Below are positions 1 through 11,587 of a DNA stretch of 64,000 nt, in pieces; position 1 is the first letter of the stretch, and the number at the start of each line of letters is the position of its first letter. The notes beneath the pieces are model-generated. The model saw only the letters and a program-made list of their open reading frames with translations. It made no database searches and was not told where the DNA came from. The position numbers and the translations under genes are program-made. This stretch comes from Eledone cirrhosa (lineage: Eukaryota): contig OZ024765.1 of the NCBI GenBank assembly GCA_964016885.1, forward strand, positions 13,764,001 through 13,828,000, in the 5' to 3' direction.

Positions 1-340
1 GTTGTTGCAAGCTTGCGTGTTCGTTATTCAAGAGTCATTGAGGAAGATACAGAACACTTGGATATCTTTTCAGAACTCTCAATTTCCTTATAGCTTTTTG
101 CTTATATCACATATATATATATAATAATAATAACAATAAACAAAAGATAGTAACATTAGATCAACTCTATTTATTTTATTATATATATTTTGAAGATGCA
201 AGGCCTATGTATAACATAATCCAAAACATGTTCTCGTCAGATAAAATGCATAGGAGATGCAGTTTTCTTTTGATATACTGGTGGTCAGCCGATTATAAAC
301 CAACTGACTCTTTTTCATTGAACAATATATATATATATAT

Positions 341-720
341 ATGTGGTTAGAGCATTGGGCTTGCAATCAAAAGGTTGTGAGTTCAATTCTCAGACCGGGT
401 GATGTGTTGTTTCCTTGAGCAAGACACTTTATTTCACATTGCTCCAGTTTACTCAGCTGTAGAAATGAGATGATAGGACTGGGGTCCCTATCATTCCACT
501 GCAAAGTGGTCGTGGAGGTGCCACGTCAAAAAAAACAAAAAACACCCAGCCCACACTGTAAAGTGGACGTGTAGGCGCCACGGAAAAACAGCACCCAGCA
601 CTCACTGTAAATGAGGTTGGTGTTAGGAAGGGCATCCAGCTGTAAAAATCAAGCCAGAATCAGTTCCCGTCCCACTCTTGCAAGCAGGGAAAAGTGGACG
701 TAAAATGATGATGATGATGA
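341..720 (+). mobile_element. tRNA-derived composite SINE with RTE-type 3' tail
   Basis: A-box remnant GTGGTTAG, B-box GAGTTCAATTC, CORE-like GTGTTGTTTCCTTGAGCAAGACACTT, tail ...GCAAGCAGGGAAAAGTGGACGTAAAA(TGA)n. Confidence 0.75.
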
Positions 721-775
721 TATGTAGCCATACCATCTGAATCAGGCGTCTTCAACATGAGAGGCAACAAACCTA

Positions 776-908
776 CTATGGGGTCCCACTATGGGGTCCC
801 ACTATGGGGTCCCACTACGGGGTCCCACTATGGGGTCCCACTATGGGGTCCCACTATGGGGTCCCACTATGGGGTCCCACTATGGGGTCCCACTATGGGG
901 TCTCACTA
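776..908. repeat. 13-bp minisatellite (CTATGGGGTCCCA) x~10
   Basis: Read directly from the sequence. Confidence 0.95.
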
Positions 909-968
909 ATGTGAAATGCAAATTCAGAAAGAAAATCAAGACAAATCTTTGATGTGTTCTATACTTAC

Positions 969-1029
969 ATTTTCTTTTGACACATCTTGGACAACATTGG
1001 TTGGGTACATCATAGGAGAGTTCTTCATC
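969..1029 (-). CDS. Exon: VWC end (CCPRC)
   Basis: tttcag|GAT GAA GAA...AAA T|gtaagt; [20 protein letters not shown]; the gene continues past coordinate 1. Confidence 0.88.
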
Positions 1030-1299
1030 CTGAAAAGTTAACATCACAGATAGATAGATAGTTAGGTAGATAGATAGATAGATAGATAGCAACTAGTCTA
1101 ACTTGTAAAGTGATCATGCTGATAACACGATGAAAAAGTACCCAGTCCACCCTGTAAATGTTGTTGGTATTAGGAAGGGCATCTGGCTGTAAGAACCAAA
1201 CCATAAACAGTTCTGTATGGGTAAGACATGGTCTCTGATCTGACTTGTCTCACAATGAGACAACTCGTCTAACCCATGCTAGCATTGAAAATGGTGATG

Positions 1300-1331
<32 letters not shown>

Positions 1332-3053
1332 TTTGTGTGAATGTATGTGTACGTGTGTTTGTGTGAACGTATATGTGTTTTGGTTTGACTGTATGTGTGT
1401 TTTTGTGTGAATGTATGTGTGTTTTTGTGTGAATGTATGTGTTTGTGTGAATGTGTGTTTTCTGTGTGAGTGTATGTGTATGCTTGTGAATGTATGTCTG
1501 TTAGTGTGTATTTTTGTAAGTGTGTCTGTGTTTGCACGTTTATATTTATACACTCGCACGTTTATACTTATACACTCATACCATATAAATGTATTTGAGG
1601 GATCTGCGTGATGTGGACATGGATGTTTTCAGGAAACATCTTGACACCTTGCTATCCAGGATCCTAGATGAGCCCACAGCACGGTAGGAAGGTAACCTAA
1701 GGACAGCAGCAACGGACTCCCTCTTGCACCAATGGCCAGTCAACAAAGGGTGGAGATAGAATGTGTAGCAACAAGGGCGGTGCTCCTGCATGGCCACAAC
1801 CAGATGGCTGGAACAGGTAGAAGAGTAAAAGAGTATACACGCACACGTACATAAACATATGCGTCAGCAGGTTGAGAAAAATCCTAGTTTACTCTTTTAC
1901 TCTTTTACCAGTTCCCGTCATCCGGCTGAGGCCATGCTGGGGCACTGCCCTTGCTTTTTTACATCTAAAAATTATAACATACCGGTGAACATTTTTTGAT
2001 TTTGCAGACTCTGTTGCAAAGAATCTTTCCATTGACACATTCACATTGCTGGCACTCGTCTTCAGGGTTCGTCCAAATATCTTTGGGCTGGATTTTAAAA
2101 ATACAACAAAAAATACAATTCCAATAAATTATTAATGGTTTCTTATATAGACACAAGGCTAGCAATTTTGGGAGAGGGGAAAGTGGATTAAATCAACCCC
2201 AGTACATGACTAGTACTTTATTTTATTGACCCCGTAAGGATGATAAGCAAAGTTAACCTCGGCGGGAGAAATAAAAAATTTTTATCTGAAAAAAACGACT
2301 TTCCAGGCAAAAACCTCAAAATTTCACAGTCAATGAGGGTCACCTTGCAGTTGTCCGCTTGAGCTAAAGTTTTGCATACATTCGTTTTCTGTTAGTTGGA
2401 ACAAGATAGAGGGGTGGGAGCTAAACCTTTAGAAAGTTGAAAAATAAGGGCCACCCTAAATCATACACAAAACGCCAGCACCAACAGTTTTCCAAGAGAT
2501 GTCAACATGAATGGACCTATTTTCAAATTCCACCCCGCCCGTCCCCTCAATCTATCTTATTTCTCATTCTTTCTTCTGATGAAGGATTAGCATCCGAAAC
2601 GTTAAGACCCTCTTCCTGCTGTATCAAGCATTAACGTAATATATACCTTCCATATACTGTACCGATTGTGTTGTTTTTTTATTTTATTTATTTTTTTTTT
2701 TACATCCGCTTTTCCCTGCTTGCAAGGGTTATTTCTGTTTACCTTTTACATATATATATATAGTGCCCCAGTATGGCCACAGTCTAATGACTGGAACCAG
2801 TAAAAAAGTAATGTGTATATAATAAATCTAAGCCATTATTGTCCTAGACAGATTTAGCTTACATTTTTCATTTCATCGTTAACAAGACATCTTGTACATT
2901 CCCCTCCTGGGACACAGGTTCCATTCATGGTACGATAGAAACCTTCCTTACAGGAGCAGGAATTTACCATACATTCCGGAATTCCAAACATATCGAAGCA
3001 GAAATGTTCACAGCTGCTTTCTGTCCAGATTTCATTCTTCTTGCAATCTGAAA

Positions 3054-3094
<41 letters not shown>

Positions 3095-6000
3095 GTTTCT
3101 TATATAGGCACAAGGCCAGTAATTTGGGGGGGGAGGAGAAAGTCGATTAAATCGACCCCAGTGCGTGACTGGTATTTTATTTTATCGACTCCCGTAAGGA
3201 TGAAAGGCAAAGTTAACCTCGGCGGGATTTGAACTCATATTGTAAAGGGCCGTAACTCTATGCTGCAAAGCATGGCGTCTGACCCTCTACCGATACTGCC
3301 AATCCACCGCCCTTAATAATAATCATAATAATAGTTGTTTCTACTTTAGGCACAAGGCCAGCAATTACCCCAGTGCATTACTGGTACTTTATTTTATCGA
3401 CCCCGTAAGGATGAAAGGCAAAGTCAACCTCGGCGGGATTTGAACTCAGATTGTAAAGGGCCGTAACTCTATACGTCAAAGCATGGCGTCCGACCCTCTA
3501 CCGATACTGCCAATCCACCGCCCTTAATAATAATAATCATAATAATAATAATAATTGTTTCTACTTTTGGGGCAAGGCCAGCAATTACCCAGTGCATTAC
3601 TGGTACTTTATTTTATCGACCCCATAAGGATGAAAGGCAAAGTTAACCTCGGCGGGATTTGAACTCAGAATGGCAAGGGCCGTAACTCTATGCTGCAAAG
3701 CATGGCATCCAACCCTCTACCAATACTGCCAATCCACCAATAATAATAATAATAATAATGCTTTCTTTATTAACCACAAGGGTTGACACAAAGTATAACA
3801 TTAAGGACAGTACAGGACGGTACAAATGGGCATTTTTGCGTGTAAAAAACCCCCCCAAAACAGAGGATGTAACAAAAAAAAGAAAACAATGAAAATTCCC
3901 CAATTGGGAGGAGACCTCCGAGGGTCACTCGCGAAGAAAGCCCACAAAAAAGCCATGGTTACCCTGACCGCTAGGGCAAGTGCCCTCTTCCAGTTTTCCT
4001 CCTACGATGCTACAGGCACATGCTCAGGGTAGGCCCATTCACACAGGCCATTCTTGCCTGTCTCACCCACCTTTCAACAAACTGGCTGGAAGGCACCACT
4101 TCCCTCTATTATATATACTGGTGCATATAGTATATATACACTAGTATATATATATTATATATTATATATATATATATGAATATATTATATATATATGAAT
4201 TGCATCAATGTTTACCCTAATATATATATATATATACGATATTAAACAAATGGAAACTATATTTATAAAACCATATTTATTTCATTATACATATTTCGGG
4301 GATACCATATTAAAAATATGGCATGCCTTCGTCAGATAAAATACAATATATAAACAGTTTTATAAATAATTTTGACGTACCATAAATATGAGCGACCATT
4401 AGGTAGGAAGCTGGTTTGGTATATATATATATAACATCAAAATATTAATAAATATAGACATTCATGTGATCAAATATATTTTATTATATTTATATTTAAT
4501 AAAATATATTTGATCACATGAATGTCTATATTTATTAATATTTTGAAGTAATATTAATAACTCCAGAAAACCTATCTGTTGAGTGCTTCTAATCTATTGT
4601 AAAACTTTATTCATTGATTAATTCAATGAACCTTGTTAAACTTTTAATTATTTATATATATATATATATATATATGCAAAAGTTCTATTTAAAATTGTTG
4701 GGATACAACAAGTAAATATTTTTATAACTGATATAAAGCACTCGACAAGTATTTGGAATAGATATACGATATTAATAAATGGAAACTATATTTATAAAAC
4801 CATATTTATTTCATTATACATATTTCAGGGATACCAAATTAAATTATGGTATGCCTTCATCAGACAAAATACAATATATAACAGTTTTACAAATAAGCTT
4901 TGACGTACCCTTTTAAAATGCAACCATTATTTTTGGAAGCCAATGGTTGCATTTTAAAAGGGTACATCAAAGCTTATTTGTAAAACTGTTATATATTGTA
5001 TTTTGTCTGATGAAGGCATACCATAATTTAATTTGGTATCCCTGAAATATGTATAATGAAATAAATATGGTTTTATAAATATAGTTTCCATTTATTAATA
5101 TCGTATATATATATATATATAAAGGTTTACATATATATATATATATATAAAGTCATAGATATATATGTGTTTTGCAACGGGTCACGTTGTGGCTCAATGA
5201 AGAGTTAATAAATTAAATAATCAGAGCTATATATCATAAAACATGTCTATAGAATCACCAGATAAAAGCCTTTATTCTTATAGCTTGATCTAATTGATTG
5301 TTTATATGGTTAATTATGCTAATTGGGAGAGGAAACAGTATATATTTTATCTGGTGATTCTATAGACATGTTTTATGATATATATATATATATTAAGAAG
5401 ACCACGAAAAACATGGACAGAGGTGGTGAGAGCTGACCTCAGATTGCTGAAGCTCCACAGAGGAGATGACGAAGGACCATGATGAATAGAGAGATGTTGT
5501 GCTGAATAGGACCCGTCCCACCCTTGCAAGCAGGGAAAAGTGGACGTAAAATGATGATGATGACAAGAATGATACATACCGCAATCCATTACTCTACATT
5601 CTTCTGTATCCATTAAATTGCTTGGACAATCTTCTTTGGGGTTCTCCAAGATGGTCCTTTCTCTAACTTTTCTACCAGGTCCACAGCTAACAGAGCAAGG
5701 GGACCAAGGAGACCAATCTGTTATTTTACAGTTGGCTGAAACAGGAAACAAAACAAAGTTTTGGTGGTGGCCTAGTGGTAAGGGTATTTGTTTAAATTGA
5801 CCCCTGTATGTGACTGGTACTTCATTTTATCGACTCCATAAGGATGAAATGTAAAGCTAAGCTTGGAAGGATTTGAAATCAGAATGTAAAGGGCCATAAC
5901 TCTATGCCACAAAGCATAGTGCCTGACGCTCTACTGATACTACCAATCCACCGCCCTAATAGTAATAATAATAATGTTTCTACTTTTGGCAAAAGGCCAG

Positions 6001-7722
6001 CAATTTTACCAGTGCATTACTGGTACTTTATTTTATCGACCCCGTAAGGATGAAAGGCAAAGTTAACCTCGGTGGGATTTGAACTCAGACCATAAAGGGT
6101 CATAACTCTATGCTGCAAAGCATGGTGTCTGACCCTCTACCGATAATGCCAATCTGCCATAATAATAATATTAATAATAATAATAATAATAATGATAATA
6201 ATAATAATGTAACTCCTTACAGAGGCAGTTATCTGTGTTACAGGTCTTGTGCTGTTTCAGTTGGATGGAGCAATTAGATGAATCTTTAGGTAACAGTTTT
6301 CTAGTTCTGGTCTTTTCACCTGTGTTACAAGTTCTAGAACATTCTGTCCAGTTTGACCAATTTGACACAGTACAGCCTACAAAATAAGAAAAAGTGGTGC
6401 GGTGGTAGAGTATAGCAGGCTTAAACCCTTTCGGGACCAACACAGATATATATTTATTCACAAATACTTAGAAATATACACAATTTAATGAATCAGTAAC
6501 AGCATGAATGAATGACTATAAAATAATACGCTTTTCCCTCCCTTTTCCCATTACTTCTGATGGAGCCCATCCCTCTCCAGGTCTGAATATAGTAGATTTC
6601 TTCCAGAAAAAGATAGTAAGTGAGAGAGGAAGTGAGAAAGAGATATTGAGAAAGAACCCATCACAGTACTTGACTGGTACTTTTTTTATCAACCTCGCAT
6701 GTGATGTGCATGGAGGATGACTGCTGAGTAAAGAAGTGCCAAGAAATCCCAGTAGAAAGAAGACGTAGTAGAGGAAGACCACGAAAATCATGGACCGAGG
6801 TGGTGAGAACTGACCTCAAATCGCTGAAGCTCGCGGAGGAAATGACGAAGGACCTTGACGAATGGAGAGATGGTATGCTGAATAGGACCCGTCCCACCCT
6901 TGCAAGCAGGGGGGGGGGGGTGGTGGACATAAAATGATGATGATGATGATGATGATGACTACTTCTCCTCTGTACTCGATATCACTGGACATAAGCAGGA
7001 TACAAAACCCTTGGTCTGTCTGGGAGATCAGTAGCTCGGCTTTAGTACTAACTTGGTCTGTGTAGACCTGTCCAACCCTTGCTAGCAATGCTAAGGAAAG
7101 GAAGACCAACAAATACATGTCTATACCAATGCAGTATTCTCTCCCGCATACTACAGCTTATCCCTCTTATACAGTCATGTCTTTATATATATGGTTTCTT
7201 ATATAGGCACAAGGCCAGCAATTTTGGGGCGGGGGAAAGTCGATTAAATTGACCCCAGTGCGTGACTGGTACTTTATTTTATTGACCCTGTAAGGATGAA
7301 AGACATAGTTAACCTCAGCAGGATTTGAACTCAGATCATAAAGGGCCGTAACTCTATGCTGCAAAGCATGGCGTTCAGCCCTCTACTGATACTGCCAATC
7401 CACTGCCCTTCATGTCTTTATATATATATAAAACCAAATAATGAAGGAAACTTACATGGCACATCTGTGTTGCATAATTCTTCCTGTACATTGAGACCTT
7501 CACATAACTGACCCGAACATTTAGGTAGAGGGTTAGAACAGGTCCTTTCTCTCAGTCGCACCCCACCTAAACAACTGGAACTGCAGCCTGACCATTCACT
7601 CCATTTTGCCCAGTTACCATCAACTAGAAATGAAAACAAAAACAAAACAAAAAAAAAATCAATCACCAGGTGTTACTTACTCGGCGTTGCCATCTGCACA
7701 AAAAAGCAATAGTTAAGTGTTG

Positions 7723-7762
<40 letters not shown>

Positions 7763-8052
7763 ATAATAATAAAATTGAAGACTAAAATCCAAAGAGGGCT
7801 CGATAAGGAAAATATATATCAAATATATAAGAACCGAAGAGCAATATATTTATAAAAATTATAAAATTATAAAAATAGACAAAGAAGCCTTCAATACATC
7901 AAAAGTCTTTATTAGCCTACAATGTTTCGTCCCATTAATCAGGACTCATCAGGCTCTGTTGTATTACATTGAGCTATACCATATACTGTCATTTCTATAA
8001 TTCTATAATACGACGAGTGTGTTTTACTCAAAAGCACTCTTGTATTTTAATT

Positions 8053-8109
<57 letters not shown>

Positions 8110-11100
8110 GTGTGTGTGTGGAAGAATGGATGTAAAACGGTGATGATGATGATGATGATGAGAATGTATAATGTTAGAATGGTAATATTAGTGAAAGATC
8201 CAGTAAATTCTACGGTACTTACCAATTGCTAATGGTATTCTATTACAATAAGCTTTATTGTTTTGGCAATGGCTGTGGTTGAAATTGAAGAATAAAAGAA
8301 AAAAATATTATAAATTATAAATCTTCTACAAGATTTAAACAAATTTAGATTTAGATATAGTAAATATGGTGAGAATGGAAGTCCGAGGCCCAGTGGTAAG
8401 GACTTATGGTAATAATGTTGTGGGTTCAATTCCTGGATTGAGTTATGTGTTGTGTTCTTGAGCAAAACTGTTCCCTATCTTGACCATTTTCTTTTTTCTT
8501 CTTAGAGAAATTTATGTGGACACATCCAGACAACCTCAGCAAATGTTTAAAAACGTTCCGAATCAAATTTATCAATAGTTAATTTGAAAAGTTCCTGAAA
8601 TAACATGAACAACTTAAGAAATAGTAGGTTTTCTTAATAAAGCACACAACTTCTATAAGAGAAACGCATTTCTATTTACAACAATAATTTCTATTGAATC
8701 AAAAACATAATGTGAACACTGAACACTGAATATTGAACATTATTTTTGCCTAAGGGCGGTGAATTGGCAGTATTGGTAGAGGGTTGGACGCCATGCTTTG
8801 GCGCATAGAGTTACAGCCCTTGCCATTCTGAGTTCAAATCCCGCCAAGGTTAACTTTGCCTTTCATCCTTACAGGGTCGATAAAATAAAGTACCAGTAAT
8901 GTACTGGGTAATTGCTGGCCTTGTGCCTAAAGTAGAAACAATTATTTTTGCATAAGAGAGGATTTAGTGGCAGTTGGTATGTTTTATGGTTTTCGGTAAC
9001 GATCTGTAAAACAAATTATTTCTCAGTTTCATCTTTTGTGACAATGTTATTGTAATCCTGAATGAGTTTGACACCTCTTTCTGCAACATCATTCACAACA
9101 ACTGTCTTCTCAAGTTTTTCAAGTCCACTTTTGTAACCAGGATCATCCTTCCATGTTGAAGGGTCTTTGTCGAGGAAATCGGTGCTGATAGAAAATGTGT
9201 GTTGTGTTCTTGAGCAAAACACTTCATTTCACATTGCTGCAGTATACTCAGTTGAACATGAGTACCAGCAATAGTTGGTGGTGTTTAACCCTGCGATGGA
9301 CTGCCATCCTATCCAGGGGGAAGTCTTGTATGTGCAATTGCTTCAGACAAGGAAACCAGGTTATCACCGACTTGATGAGCCTCTGGCTTAAGACAGACTT
9401 TAGAAGAAATGTGGTAAGAAACCAGTGGCTTAGTGGTGAGAGAATTGGATTCACAATCGTGAGGTTGTGAAAATGATGAGAATGATGCTGATGATGAGGA
9501 TAAGAGTTAGAATGAAAGTGATAGAACATTACCATGTTTCACACTCTGTAGAATTGATAACTTCATCAATACGATAGTTCTTATCATTGACTCGACATTC
9601 TGGTACGCAGTTGGTGACGACACAGTCGGCTTTCTCTGCCAATGTTGTCAAGTTACAGCCAGAAGAGTGTTCCATCTCAATGGTTCTAGATGTTTTAATA
9701 AACAAACAAACATATTACAATCGCAGCCATTTTCTTACCATGTTTCTAATGAAAGACACAAACATATTAAACTCTCAACCATTTCCTTACCATGTTTCTA
9801 ATGAAAGACACAAACATATTAAACTCTCAACCATTTCCTTACCGTGTTTCTAATGAAAGACACAAACATATTAAACTCTCAACCATTTCCTTACCGTGTT
9901 TCTAATGAAAGACACAAACATATTAAACTCTCAACCATTTCCTTACCATGTTTCTAATGAAAGACACAAACATATTAAACTCTCAACCATTTCTTTACCG
10001 TGTTTCTAATGAAAGACACAAACATATTAAACTCTCAACCATTTCTTTACCGTGTTTCTAATGAAAGACACAAACATATTAAACTCTCAACCATTTCTTT
10101 ACCGTGTTTCTAATGAAAGACACAAACATATTAAACTCTCAACCATTTCCTTACCGTGTTTCTAATGAAAGACACAAATATATTAAACTCTCAACTTACC
10201 TGAACCGTTTCTTTATTCCTTTCCCACAAGATGTTTGGCAAACACTCCAGGAACTCCAGGGCATTAACGCACAACCTTTGAATAAGAAATTACATACACT
10301 ATATAATATACTTCTGCTATCTTATATATAATTGTTTCTACTTTAGGCACCAGGCCAGCAATTACCCAGTGCATTACTGGTACTTTATTTTATCGACCCC
10401 GTAAGGATGAAAGGCAAAGTCAACCTCGGCGGGATTTGAACTCAGATCGTAAAGGGACGTAACTGTGCTGGAAAGCATGGCGTCCGACCCTCTACCGATA
10501 CTGCCAATCCACCGCCCTTCTTATATATAATGGTTTCTTATAAAGGCACAAGGCCAACAATTTTGGGGGAGGGGAAAGTCGATTAAATCGACCCCAGTGC
10601 CTGACTGGTATTTTATTTTATCGACCCCCATAAGGATGAAAGGCGAAGTCAACCTCGGCGGGATTTGAACTCAGATCATAAAGGGCCGTAACTCTATGCT
10701 GCAGAGCATGTTGTACGATGCCCTACTGATACTGCCAATCTGCTGCCTGTTATCTAATATATAATTGTTTCTACTTCTGAACTCAGAATGGCAAGGGCCG
10801 TAACTCTATGCGTCAAAGCATGGCGTCCGACCCTCTACCGATACTGCCAATCCCCCGCCTTATCTAATATATAATGATTGGAGAACTGTGAGACTGTGTC
10901 CAGTTTATTATTTTACATTCATCATCATCATCATCATCATCTTCGTTTAACGTCCATCTTATATGCTAGCATGGGTTAGACGGGAGTTGTCCTACTTGAG
11001 GCAAGGTTGGTCGGGTGACCGTGTTTCGCTCATATAGAACTGTATCTGGCAGGTTTTCTACGGCTGGATGCCCTTCCTAACTCCAACCACATTTACAGTG

Positions 11101-11554
11101 TGGAACTGGGAACTTTTTACCATGTTACCTACACGGCTACATTACAGCGGGGACTGTGTGTTTTTTTGTTGTGACACCTACACGATCTCGATTTCATTAT
11201 CTCATTTATTTGGACTGGATGTTGTGGTACCAACTTTACAGAGAGAGGGTGGTGTTAGTGGGAGTGGGAGGATAGGGTAGGGGCAGTGGATTGGGGTGTA
11301 TATTTGGTTAAGAGGTGCCTACTAACTGTAGGTTTCGCTTTGTACATAGGCAAGGCGGGTCTTCTGTATTACTGCGAGGCACCAAAGATGTCGGTCCAAT
11401 GACATTGTCTTAATGTTATTAAAATAAGTTGGATTATTTTGAATAAATCGTGAATGAATATTGTGTAATTTATCTACTAAATTTCTTAGCTCTTGATTAA
11501 ACATAAATATTCTTATATGATGATAATGATGATGATTAGGATGGTGATGATTAA

Positions 11555-11587
<33 letters not shown>

